A stretch of 64,000 nucleotides of DNA, from contig OX597827.1 in NCBI GenBank assembly GCA_951406725.2, forward strand, positions 3,906,001-3,970,000. The letters run 5' to 3'. Of this stretch, positions 51,384 to 64,000 are shown piece after piece. Source of the stretch: Octopus vulgaris. Lineage: Eukaryota. Within the stretch, counting starts at the first letter, position 1. Each line of letters begins with the position of its first letter. A program made the position numbers and the translations under genes. Below the pieces are notes generated by a model, which saw nothing but the letters and a program-made list of their open reading frames with translations, did no database searches and was not told where the DNA came from.

Positions 51384-53525
51384 AAGAAATGGCAGATGTA
51401 AGATTGTTCTCGTAATCAATTCCAACTCGAACAGTGACAACAACCATTTTAGAAATAAAAATTAGATAAAGACCTATCAAACCCAATTCTTTAAAATGTA
51501 GCAGTATCATCAACAACAAAGAGGGAGAGAGAGAATGCTTCCATATAATCCCAGACCTTGAATGTGGAGATTATACAACTGATAATCATTTTATCAATCC
51601 TAGAAAGATGACAGGCAAAGTCAGTCTTGGCAGGATTTGAACTCAGAACATGAAGAGACATAACCTAGTATCACAAGGAACTTTTACTTGCCATTCTATT
51701 GATTCTTGCCAAATAAACAGACGTAGCAATGTTGGCAAGAATGACAGTGAGAAGCGGCAGGAAGTTAAATAGATGAAGCAGTGAAGAATCCAAGTTTTCC
51801 TCATCTTACTAATTTCAGAATGGTGTTTGATGGTATTTAAAAACTAAGCTCAAAATAATTTCTTTATACACCGTTCCATATGGCCTTAGCTGCAGTGGCT
51901 AAAATAAACTTGAGAAGTTCTTGTGCATTCTAAGAGATGTTGGGTACATCTCAAGACTATTACAGTGTGCTGAAAAGAGAGAGAGAGAGAGAGTGGAGTG
52001 GATTTATAATTTTCTCTTTTTGTCACCTTGATGTAGGCAAGTAACTGTGTGCTGATAGAGATAAAGAGGTTCAGGTAAACTGTCAAAGAAAGATAGGCTG
52101 ATATCCATCGTCAGATAGAAATAAAATAGAGGAAGAACACTTTGACTTGAGAACTGAGGCGCCTCAGTGATTGGCCACAAGTCAAAATTCTGAATGAATC
52201 CTGGCTTCCTTTTAATGGAGTCTAAATATATTCACTCTGGTGTCAATTCTTTTAGCAATAAGACAATTTGGACTAAAGCATTTATTTAATTAGATTCTAG
52301 ATAAAGAGAGTTTAATTAGTTCGATGGCAATATTGATTTGTGTCTAATTCAATATCAACTACAAATTTGATAAATATATCACACAGTGTATCAGACATTT
52401 GTCTAAATGCTCTATCATTATCGCAAAATGTACTTGGCTCGAAACCAAATAGTTAGCCTCAATTTGCAACATCTCAACAAAGTTCACTCTTCCTTCATAT
52501 TTCTTTACACTTTGTGAATCATTCAGATACACCTTGTATCAATTGCAGCAAAAAAAAAAAAAAAAACCAAAAGAGAAGAAAAAAAATATAATTGTTCTTA
52601 TTATATTTCTGTTCTTCTTTCTGTTTTTTCTTTTTTTATCTTTTTATTATGGAGAAATAATTTGTTATTAAAGAGCAATTTATAGTTTTAATTGCAAGAC
52701 AGATACATGCACACTCCGCACCGTACACATACATAGACAGACACCACAGAGAAGCAAACACAGATACATAAACATAGAGATACACAAACACACAAGTACG
52801 TAAACAAGTAGATACACAAACACATAGATGTGCGAACACACATAGACACACAAATAAAAATAGTATAAAACTAAAACTGTAAAATAAAATTGAGATGGTG
52901 AGTAGATAGCAGAACTGGTAGAGCATCAGCCTCGATGTGTTGTGGTGTTCTATCATTATGCTTTTCATTCTCTCAGTTCAATTCCTACCACAGTCTACAT
53001 TGCTTCACATTCTTCTATTAGTAGTGAAATAAAACAAAATACTTGAAGTGGGGAAAAGAAAGTCAATGCAAATTGACTCTACACTAGAAGTTGGTGCCCC
53101 AGCTTGGCCAAACTCCAATGAATGAAACTAACAAAAAAGAACAGAAATTGAATGAAACTTATTCAGTATGCACATACAAGTAGTTGATGTTCATATTATT
53201 ACTTAACCTAAGATTATTATTGATTGAGCAACCACAGGCACTCCACAAATGACCAACTCATCTTTTCCAGACATTGTTGACCCCATTCTAGTTTACATTA
53301 AGAATATAAGTTTATATATCAGATGCAGACATGGTTGCATCGATTCAGAGTTCATTTCGCTTATACTTGCTTTCAGGTTCCATCCCTGCTGTGTGGGCAA
53401 GTGTATTCTAATATCATTCTGAGATAATCAATGTCTTGCAAATTGATTTGGTAAATGGAAACTGCAAAGAAGCATATCATACATATATGTGTGTGTGTAT
53501 ACATAGATATGTGTGTGTATAGATA

Positions 53526-53582
<57 letters not shown>

Positions 53583-53626
53583 ATATGTATATATATATAT
53601 ATATATATCAATGTCTATCTATCTAA

Positions 53627-53785
53627 AGGTGGCAAGCTAGCAGAAATGTTAGCATGCCGGATGAAATGCTCAGCGGAATTTCATCTGTCTTTACATTCTG
53701 AGTTCAAATTCTGCTGAGGCTGACTTTGCCTTTCATCCTTTTGGGGTCGATAAATTAAGTACCATTTGTGTACTGGGGTCGATTA
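53627..53785 (+). mobile_element. Meta-domain-like SINE fragment (older copies at ~37545, ~56205, ~59270)
   Basis: GACTTTGCCTTTCATCCTTTTGGGGTCGATAAA. Confidence 0.8.
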
Positions 53786-54167
53786 TACAGCTCATTGTTT
53801 TGTAGTTTTGAAAGCAAAGGCTATTCTCTGACTGCTCATAATATTCAACATTCTAAATATGTGTGTGTGTGTGTGTGTGTACTATATATACATATATATG
53901 TACTATATATGCATCTGGATTAATCAGCTGAAATTGCTAAGATGATCCGGTTCCCGACTGAAGATTAGAGGCTTTGAATGACCCGTCTGTTTTTTTTTGT
54001 GTTGTCTCTTTGTGTGTTTTTGCGTTCTTGTCCCATTTTGTAATTTATATTTAATTTCTATACATATATATATATATTTATATATATATATACACACACA
54101 AAAAGATCAAAGGATCAAAGGTCCTTCCTGATCCTTAGGTTCATAAAACTGTTTTCCCAGATTCTGT

Positions 54168-54216
<49 letters not shown>

Positions 54217-55959
54217 CCCATGAAGAAAATGGTAGCTTGTTACACGATTTCTCATCTTTCCCAGCTGAGTGAACTGAAGCAATGTGAAATAAAGTGCTCT
54301 CCTCAAGAGCATAATTCATCGTCTGATCCAGGAATCAAAATCACACTCTTATGATCATGAATGCAATGCTCTAACTATGAAGGCACATGCCTCTATGTGT
54401 GTGTGTATATATATATATATAATGTAATTTTGGGACCAATGAGTATATGCCAATTAGTGTGTTGAGTAAAGCACATTCACAGTTTAGGCTACCTGGTGTC
54501 ATCCACAGTTGGGATATATTTCCTTGGATTTATGTCAGAAGCATATCATACATATGTTATATGACCTATACCAGTTTGGACAAGCAGACATTTCAATGGT
54601 TTATACATACATCATATAGCTCATTGAAGAGCAACCAGGGATTTGTGAGTAACTGTGCTATTGATAGCTAATCATTGATCTTACACTGGATTTGTCCATC
54701 CTTTAACAGGTATTGCTTTTGTCCTGCAAGGTTTCTAGTAATTGTCTTCACAAATTAATTAACTGGGTGTGCCAGTTTAGTCAACATGTAAAGTTAAACA
54801 TTCATCATCCATGCCTAGGATATGCTTTAAGAGTTGTTTCGGTACTTCAAAGGCGATCAAAAGTAGATTAATAATCTAAGGCATGAAATAGAGCAAATGG
54901 GAGATGAGCAGTAGCTTTGAACTTGGTCTTGTTTGAGAACCAAAAGTTCAAAGTAATTGTCACTTCAAATATAATTATCATATATGGTGACCATGTTTGT
55001 TTTTCAAATGCCAGTTTTTTAAGTCATAACAGGAACTATGTGTTAAGACTTAAGTAATGAAATTTCATTATGATCAATGCATGCAAGTAGAGTATCTCAG
55101 ACATGTAGAATATGGTGAGGTATGCAAGAGTTATTCAGGCTTGGTTTGGTATTCGAAACCATGACTCAGTAAAATACAACCAAGTGAAACAAAACATGAA
55201 CCTGTGTCATATTTGCAGTAGTAGTTAAGTAGTACAGTAATCATCAATTGGTTACCATGTCCAGCTATCATCATCATTTAACATCCTTCTTCCATGCTGG
55301 TTTGAGTTGGATGGGTCAACAGAATCTGACAAGTCTGAAGGCTGTGTTGGTCTCCAGTGTCTGCTTTGGCCACGTTTCTATGGCTGGATGTCCTTTCTAA
55401 TGCTAACTATTGTACAGGGTGTACTGAGTGCTTTTTTTTTTCATGGCACTAGTATGCTAAGTGTTTTAGGTACCTATGTAGTTACGCACGAACATAAAAT
55501 GCCTCTTGCCACAACCCTCACTCTTCTTCTCACTCTACATCACATCACTCATGGATGTTGACCCCAACTCGAACACAGTATATCTTTTATTGGAGATTTC
55601 CTGGTCACGGTCACAGACCAGCTGCACTGTTTGCCAGCTCACCATGTTCTTACAAGAAACGACTTGTAGGGATATCCATTGGCTTACAATGAACTTGTCT
55701 GTCTTATGACAGGTTTTGTTTTGAGTCTTACAGAGTGCCCACAACACCCTGACAAGCCAGGTGGAGGACCTAGTTTAGTCACTGACCCTGCCCAAACGTG
55801 AAATAGGCAGTACTGGGATACATGATACCAGTGGCATCATTTAACTCACCTGACACACTCCATTCACATGTGATTAAGCACAACACCTGGAATACAACAG
55901 CTAGAGAGAGCATGCTCGAGGGAGGAAGAGAGAGAGAGTGAGTGAGAGAGAGAGAGAGT

Positions 55960-55997
<38 letters not shown>

Positions 55998-57188
55998 GAG
56001 TAAGTTGTATCATTACTCAACTGGTACTAATTAACTAATGAGTAGACAGGAGCAGAATGAAATGAAGTATTGAAGTGCCTTACTTAAAGATACAACATAT
56101 CACCCATCTAAGAATTGAACCCAAAATCTCATAATCATGAGTCAGATACCTTAATCTTTAAACCATGTACATCCTGCTTACAACATTGATTGCAAAATAG
56201 ATTAATCAGCTGGAAGAATCATTAGCATGCTGAGAAAAATACCTGGTGGTATTTCTTCCATCTTCATACTCTGCATTCAAATTCCACTGAGGTTGACTTT
56301 GCCTTTCATCCTTTCGGTGTCAGTAAAGTAAGTACCAGTTGCACACCAAGGTTTAATGTAATAAGCCAGCCCCCTCTCCCAGAACTGCTAGCCTTATGCC
56401 AAAATTTGGAACCAATGTAGGTTGCAAAATATTAGCAAGATCCAAGAATCACTACAGAACATAGTTTTTGTAAAAAAAAAAAAAGATATTTTCCTTAATC
56501 ATCAGTGATGGTCATATTCATTCAATGTGTGGGACATGTGCCATGACAACACAAAACAGATCGATAGAGACGAGAATGTAAGGCACAAAAAATAATGAAT
56601 TAAATTAAGACCACAAAAGGAACCGAAATTTGTAACTTGAAGGATTTAAAGCTTGACAGGGACTGAAAAGATGTTAAGAAGCAAAGGGAATGGTATGAGG
56701 CAGAGTGTAAAGAGGGGGAGGTGGAGAGGAAAAAAAATGGAGGTATAATGGAGAAAGGAAAAGCAAAGAAAAGTATTGGGGACAGTGCCAAAGGAACTCA
56801 TCTATACAGCCTGACAGGGGCTCAAACAAGGAGGAGACAGGAGATAGTGGGAAGTCTAGTGGAATGGTTGGTGTGGGATGTGTAAAGAGGGGTCAGTGCC
56901 AAACCAGCTCAACTAACAAGATGAATTAGGAACATAGCAAAATGTCAAAGTAGCAGTGATGGAGAAGGCTTTTTTTTTTGTGTGTGGTGGGAGAATAGAT
57001 AATAGCCAGAATGTTTATCTTGATTGACTTATCTTGATGAGGGTTACACTAAAATTAGGCTTATTGCCTATAAATCTTGATGTTTCATACTCTACCCTAC
57101 CACATCTAATTCATATCCACTGCTGTGGAGTGGCTTCGTAGTTCATTTCCCACTTTTTGTCCACTGTAGATGTGTGTGAGTGTGTGTC

Positions 57189-57219
<31 letters not shown>

Positions 57220-57306
57220 ATGTGTTTGTGTGTGTGTGTATGCATATACATACTTAATATATACATATATGTGTATATGTGTGTGTATATATATATACAT
57301 GTGGTA

Positions 57307-57349
<43 letters not shown>

Positions 57350-57501
57350 TCATTGTGTGTATGTTTATTTGGGTGTATGTAGAAATTTCAGTGTATGCTT
57401 TTGTAGTGTATGTCTTGAAAAAGTTGTTCACGCATCTCTATGTGTATACATGACTTCGTTTGTGTATATGTATGTATGGATATATGGAAATATGAGTAAG
57501 A

Positions 57502-57550
<49 letters not shown>

Positions 57551-57676
57551 TATATATGCATAATTGGGCGAGCATATGTATAGGCATGTGTGAGTGACAG
57601 TGTGTTCATATAGGCATGTGTGTTTGTGTAACTGAGCATGCATATATATACACGTATATTCAGATGCTCACACGCA

Positions 57677-57711
<35 letters not shown>

Positions 57712-58356
57712 GCACATGTGTCAGCACGAATGACTGTCTAAATGTTTGCATGTAAAGAGTATGTGTCAGTGTGTCTGTGCGTCTCTATGTCTGTGTGTAC
57801 GTTGGTTGGATGAGATGATGCCAAAGGGATTAAAAGTAATAATGAGATATTCTAGGACTGATTGAATGTGTATAGACCGTTTATCCATAGGACTCTGGTA
57901 TATTTACGTCTGTGTATATTTATGTAAGTGCATAACATTCAGTACATATGTGTGCTTGTGAATTTCTGTATTGATTTGCATTTCACATACGTGCAAACAT
58001 AAATGCGAACAATAACATGCACACACACACACACACACACGGCTATCTATAGAGCCAATGTGGGACCCTCTGAGGGATAAACATTCATACAAGAAATAGC
58101 AACCAATTTTATCTCAAATTGCATCTTATTTTCTTAAACAAAAGATTGTCACATTAGATGATGTGGTCCTACCTATCCCAAGAAGAACAGGATGGTCATG
58201 GCTGGAATGTCGATTAGAGATGACATGGTATACAATAACAACAACAACTGTAACAGCACATGTACATTTTATACCTAACACATCATGTAAATATGGAATT
58301 AAGTTGATTAAAGTACATTTATATGTATATGCATATATATATATATATATATATAT

Positions 58357-58803
58357 AGGAGTGGTTGTGTGGTAAGAAGCTTGCTTCCCAACCACATGAT
58401 TCCAGGTTCAGTCCCACTGTGTGGCACCTTGGGCAAGTGTTTTCTATTACAGCCTCAGGTCAACCAAAGCCTTGCGAATGGATTTGGTAGACGGAAACAG
58501 AAAGAAGCCCATCGTACATATATATATATGTATGTATTTTTGTGTCTGTGTTTGTCCACCCACTATCTCTTGACAACTGTTGTTAGTGTATTTACATCCC
58601 CGTAACTTAGCAGTTCAGCACAAGAGACTGGCAGAATAAGTACTATGCTTACAATGAATAAGTCCTGGGGTTGGTTTGTTTGACTAAAGGTGGTGCTCCT
58701 GCATGCCCACAGTCAAATGACTGAAACAAGTAAAAGAATATTATGTATGTATGTATATATCTGTGTGTGTGTGTATGTGTGTGTGTATATGTGTGTATGT
58801 GTG

Positions 58804-58837
<34 letters not shown>

Positions 58838-59190
58838 TGTATGTATGTATGTATGTATGTATGTATGTGTGAGTGTATGTATGTGTGTATGTATGTATGT
58901 GTGTGTGTGTATGTATGTCTGCATGTATGTATGTATGTATGTATGTGTGTGTGTGTATGTATATATGTATGTATGCATGAATGTATGTATGTATGTATGC
59001 GTGTGTGTGTATGTATGTATGTATGTATGTATGTATGTATGTATGTATGTATGCATGTATGTATGTATGAATGTGTGTATGTATGTATGTATGAATATAT
59101 GTATGTATGTATGTATGTATGCATGCATGCATGTATGTATATATGTATGTATGTGTGTATGTATGTGTGTATGTATGTATGTATGTATAT
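58357..59190 (+). mobile_element. Abundant tRNA SINE (58357-58740) followed by a ~450 bp (TATG)n tract
   Basis: Similarity to 20811-21226; direct reading of the tract. Confidence 0.85.
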
Positions 59191-59629
59191 ACAAGTGTAT
59201 ATCATTGGATGGGCTGCATGTTTGATTATCATTGATTTTCTTTGATAATTCTATAACATTCGTTTCCAGCATTGGCACAAGGCCAGATATTTGTAGTGGG
59301 AGAAGGTCTAATCGATCAAATTGACCCCAGTAATTGACTAAGACTTCATCTCATCGATCCCAGAAGGATAAAAGGCAAAAGTTGACCTCTGTAGGCTTTT
59401 GAACTCAGATTGTTAAAAAGAGCTGGAACAAATACCACACACAACATTTTGTCCAATATTCATTCCATTGAGCACATTGATGATCATACCTCAAAAATAA
59501 ATAAATAAACAAATCAATCAATCAATAAATAAATAAATAAATATGTAAATGTTTTAATTTTGGAATCAACTAATAAAGCTATGTACATCCTATGTAATAA
59601 GCAAATGGCAGTCTTCACTGAAATTTTGT

Positions 59630-59800
59630 CGGCATGAAAGAAGCACCCACTACACACCCACTACAATGGTTGGTGTTAAGAAGGGAATCCAGCTGTTGAG
59701 AGCTTGCCAGAGCCGACATTGGAGCTTGATGCAGCCTTGAAAACTCATCAGATCTTGTCAAAGGAACAAATCTATGCCAGCATAGATAACAGATGTTAGG

Positions 59801-59838
<38 letters not shown>

Positions 59839-60432
59839 GTGATTGTGATGATGATGATGATGACGATGATGATGATGACGATGATGACGACGACGACGAT
59901 GATGATGATGATGATGATGATGATGGTGGTGATGACGATGATGATGATGATGGTGATTGTGATGATGATGATGATGACGATGATGATGATGATGATGATG
60001 ATGATGAGGATGATGATGATGATGACGATGATGATGATGATGATGATGATGATGAGGATGATGATGATGATGACGATGATGATGATGACGATGATGACGA
60101 CGACGACGATGATGATGATGATGATGATGATGGTGGTGATGACGATGATGATGATGATGGTGATTGTGATGATGATGATGATGACGATGATGATGATGAT
60201 GATGATGATGATGAGGATGATGATGATGATGACGATGATGATGATGACGATGATGATGACGACGACGATGATGATGACGATGATGATGACGACGACTATG
60301 ATGATGATGATGATGATAATGATGATGATGATAATGATGATGATGATGATGATGATAATGATGATGATGATAATGATGATGATGATGATGATGATAATGA
60401 TGATGGTGGTGGTGGTGGTGATGGTGGTGGTG
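59630..60432 (+). repeat. RTE-type 3' end (59630-59800) with a ~630 bp expanded (GAT)n tail
   Basis: AAGCACCCACTACAC..GAAGGGAATCCAGCTG..CAGATGTTAG directly precedes the tract. Confidence 0.85.
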
Positions 60433-60704
60433 AGTAGTAGATTTGTGTTGTATATTTTTTATTATAAATCTAATGAAACCTACCTTTAATGATAGGATAT
60501 TCAATGTCTTACTCTGGATTAAATCTTATGGCACAATAGTTTAGGAAATGAGGAGACCAAGTTATTCTGAAACTTGTTAATTTCTACTTAATCTTGCTAA
60601 TCTATCAGAAAAGAAAATAACATCTATGGAGATAGAATTGCTTAGACACAGGTGAGTAATTTGCATATTAATGATTTTAATTACCTGTGCTGTTTCACTG
60701 ATAA

Positions 60705-61690
60705 CACTGGACAACAATTTTTTTCTTTTGCATGAGATTTTTTTACTGATTGTAACTGTGCTAATTCAAGATTGTAATTGTGCTAATTTCAAGTCTGAAA
60801 TCAGTCTTGCTCTCTCCTTGCTCTAGTTTTCTTGCAAATTGAAGATTAACTTTCAATACATTTATAGTTAAATTTGAGATATTGAGTTACATATATCCTA
60901 CTTGTGGAGGCGCAATGGCCTAGTGGTTAGGGCAGCGGACTCGCGGTCGTAGGATCGCGGTTTCGATTCCCAGACCTGGGCGTTGTGTGTGTTTATTGAG
61001 CGAAAACACCTAAAAGCTCCACGAGGCTCCGGCAGGGGGTGGTGATCCCTGCTGTACTCTTTCACCACTCTTTCTTCTGTTGGCCTGCTCGCTTAGCCAG
61101 CGGGGTGGCGTCATTCGAAGGCTAAAACAATGCGAACGCATTGTGACCAGCGATGTGTAACTACATCTGATGGACTGGTCGGTCACGTGATGATATCCTA
61201 CTTACAAAGAACTGACAATTGTGTTTTCCAGATCTAATCATGGCTTCTTCAAATAGACACAGACAGGTGAATAATCTTGATGGCTTCTGCTATGATTGTG
61301 GCTTCTTCATACTTATTCGTCAATGGCACAATATCACATTGTTTGTGAGACAGGCTTATGAAGCCTATTTTGGAATTCCTCAAGGCAACCAAGACAAAAA
61401 ATGGGTCCCTCATTTTCTGTCATAACTTTGAGGAAATGTTTCATAACTGGTCAAAAATAAAAATGAAAGGACCTGCCTTTTGGACTTCTTGAGGTTTAGG
61501 GAGAGCCCAGGGGCTATACAAGTGACCGTTACTTTTTGTATGGTCAACACAAAAGGCATTGACGAGAAAAATAGGCAAAAATATCGTATCACAAAATTCC
61601 TTCAGGAATTAGACCTGGGACCCTGGGACCCTGGGACACTCTGGGACACTGCCAATTCCAATTTTCCTTGGGTTTACCTCAGCTGAAGAC
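60705..61690 (+). mobile_element. Decayed DNA transposon 5' part, probably CMC/Chapaev3
   Basis: NNLDGFCYDCG..NITLFVRQAYEAYFGI..GNQDKKWVPH resembles the transposase N-terminus (FCYICG..AY..YFG...GDQDK.WAPH); CACTGGACAAC at 60705 as putative end; family recognised from memory. Confidence 0.6.
60904..61192 (+). mobile_element. Young tRNA-derived SINE with 11-bp TSD, inserted in the DNA transposon
   Basis: A box TGGCCTAGTGG, B box GGTTTCGATTCC; CpG-rich; TSD ATATCCTACTT at 60893-60903 and 61193-61203. Confidence 0.92.
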
Positions 61691-61714
61691 AAAGCTAGTG
61701 AACAAGAGTATATC

Positions 61715-61806
61715 TATTTCTTTACTACCCACAAGGGGCTAAACACAGAGAGGACAAACAAGGACAGACAAACGGATTAAGTCAATTAACGGCAGATGTG
61801 CCTTTT
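61715..61806 (-). mobile_element. 5'-truncated Meta-domain-like SINE tail with 17-bp TSD
   Basis: Matches 46978-47050; TSD GTGAACAAGAGTATATC at 61698-61714 and 61807-61823. Confidence 0.9.
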
Positions 61807-62027
61807 GTGAACAAGAGTATATCAATTATAATTAACACACACACACACACTTACACACATACACATGTAGATATATGTGTGTGTGTATGTGTGGATGTGT
61901 GTTTTGTGTGTATTAATGTTTGCTGTTATGCTGAATCACAATAAAAAATAATTTTATGTTAAACTGAAAGATTACTGAATACTTTTTGTAGAGTACATAA
62001 CTATTATACTTTTGCAAGAATGGTATT

Positions 62028-62074
62028 GACAGTGACTTCAAAGTTTTGACCAGCTAAGCCATCATCGGATTGTG
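62028..62074 (-). ncRNA. Degenerate minimal type I hammerhead motif
   Basis: Minus: ACAAT-CCGATGA-T-GGCT TAGCT GGTC-AAAA-CTT TG AAG-TC-ACTGT; GUC triplet, G12 lost at a CpG. Confidence 0.5.
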
Positions 62075-62127
62075 TGTGTGTGTATATATATATATATAAC
62101 GTAACTCGCTCTGAGATTTATCATTGT

Positions 62128-62162
<35 letters not shown>

Positions 62163-62255
62163 TATATTAAGTTAGAGATAAAACCACTATTAGGCAAATC
62201 AAATAGTGAAAATCATAAGCCAATACATAGAAAAAATTAATTAAAAAAATATAAA

Positions 62256-62299
<44 letters not shown>

Positions 62300-62831
62300 G
62301 TATATATATGTATATATATACAGCAGGCACCTATCGGTTTCCTTTTGCCAAATCCTCTCACAAGGCTTTGGCTGACCTGGATCTATAATAAAAAATACTT
62401 GCTCTGCTGAAAGTGCTACACTGTAGGACTGAACCCAAAAATGTGTAGTTGAGAAGCAGAGTTCTTAACCACCCCCACACATACACACCCAGGTCAGTAT
62501 ACGTACAAACGTTCATGTGTGTGTGTGCGCGTGTGTGCACAGGCGGATGAGTGTATTCATTCATTTTTACATCTAGCTTTAATGTAATTCTCTGGTAGAC
62601 AAGGTTACAGATTTTAATTACAGATACAATCTGACAAGCTTCTACACAGTCTCCATCTATCCAGTTTTACTCACAGGTCTTCTTGGTTCAATGACCTGCA
62701 GTTATGATAGAGATACTTGCTAAAGATAGTGAAGCTGCCAAGCAGTGAAATCAAACCTGAAACATCATAAATGCTATACAAACTTGCAAACCGCTCAGTC
62801 AAGCTTGTATTTGAGTATGTGTGTGTGTTTA

Positions 62832-62881
<50 letters not shown>

Positions 62882-62933
62882 CCTATCTGTCTATCTGTCA
62901 GTCTGTCTGTCTGTCTATCTAGCTATCTATCTG

Positions 62934-62998
<65 letters not shown>

Positions 62999-63334
62999 AT
63001 GTATGTATACACACATACACCATACACATATGTATGTATATATTCTTCTTTCATATTTTAATTTCTCAAAAATCACCTCTCTCAATATTATTCTCTTCCT
63101 CTTAGTTTAATGATCTTGTCCTGCAAGTTAGTCGGTTACTTCACTAGTGACAGCTCTATGTTATAAGCACCCAGTACACTCTGTAAAGGGGATGAAGTTA
63201 GGAAGGGCATGCAGGTGTAGAAACCATGCTAAAAAGTAAGCATTGGCGCTTGTTACAGTCCTTTGGCTCACCTGTTCCTATTGAACCATCCACCTATTTT
63301 CAGCAAGGAAAACAGATGTTAAATGATGATGATG

Positions 63335-63377
<43 letters not shown>

Positions 63378-63389
63378 GTTGTATTCTTT

Positions 63390-63614
63390 TATTCTTTAAC
63401 TTGTTTCAGTCATTTGACTGTGGCCATGCTGGAACACCACCTTAAAGGGTTTTAGTTGAAGAAACCGATCTCCAGACATATTCTTTGTAAGCCTAGTACT
63501 TAATCTAGCTATGAGTCTCTTTTGCTGAACTGCTAAATTATGGGGACATAAACCCACCAGCATCGGATTTACCAAGTGATGGTGGGAGGACAAACACAGA
63601 CACACATACACACA

Positions 63615-63659
<45 letters not shown>

Positions 63660-63805
63660 GATGGGCTTCTTTCAGTTTCCGTCTACCAATCCACTTACAA
63701 GGCTTTGGTCAGTCCGAGGCTATAGTAGGAGATACTTGCCCAAGGTACCACACAGTGGGACTGAACCTGGAACTATACAGCTGAGAAGAAAGCTTCTTAC
63801 CACAC
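63390..63805 (-). mobile_element. Abundant tRNA SINE
   Basis: Reverse complement of 20811-21226 family. Confidence 0.85.
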
Positions 63806-64000
63806 ATGTAAGTGTGCATAGTTTCACAATATTTTCTATGTTAAACATTCTTCTTCTTTCCAGTCTTCTCTCTATGTATATCCAAAGATGCAATGTTATT
63901 CTTGGATTTTTCAGGATACACGGTAACCCTATTTGTTGAACGACTGAATTCACGGAGGCTGCTCTGTTTAGTCGTAGCATTTAATAAGATAGTTCATCTG

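Noticed and set aside
51886-51969. Minus-strand exon after (TC)n-TTTTCAG
   Set aside because: Polypyrimidine tract is a microsatellite; all frames stop quickly and no clear donor
60904-60980. tRNA gene
   Set aside because: No proper acceptor stem or terminator; continues into a SINE body bounded by a TSD

Overview
AT-rich, repeat-dominated eukaryotic DNA, most consistent with an octopus (coleoid cephalopod) genome (inferred from the SINE repertoire and very dense (TA)n/(CA)n/(GATA)n/(GAT)n microsatellites). Almost all ORFs in the track are translated microsatellites. Recognisable coding sequence is transposon-derived: two CR1/L2-type LINE fragments, several RTE fragments, a decayed Tc1/mariner, a probable Chapaev3 fragment and a Penelope-like element (PLE; RT C-terminal half plus GIY-YIG endonuclease). 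The PLE is a ~2.8 kb head-to-head palindrome with a 1-nt spacer. Dozens of tRNA-derived SINEs and several MITEs are present, many nested and with readable target-site duplications (TSDs). The main finding is a set of 8-9 type I hammerhead-ribozyme-like motifs from several repeat families. One lies in a ~360 bp non-coding element that joins a tRNA-like Pol III head to a hammerhead and has a PLE-style inverted end. A few short candidate host exons are present but unassigned, including two minus-strand last-exon candidates sharing a CNLY motif. All alignments and folds were done by eye; coordinates of decayed repeats are approximate.
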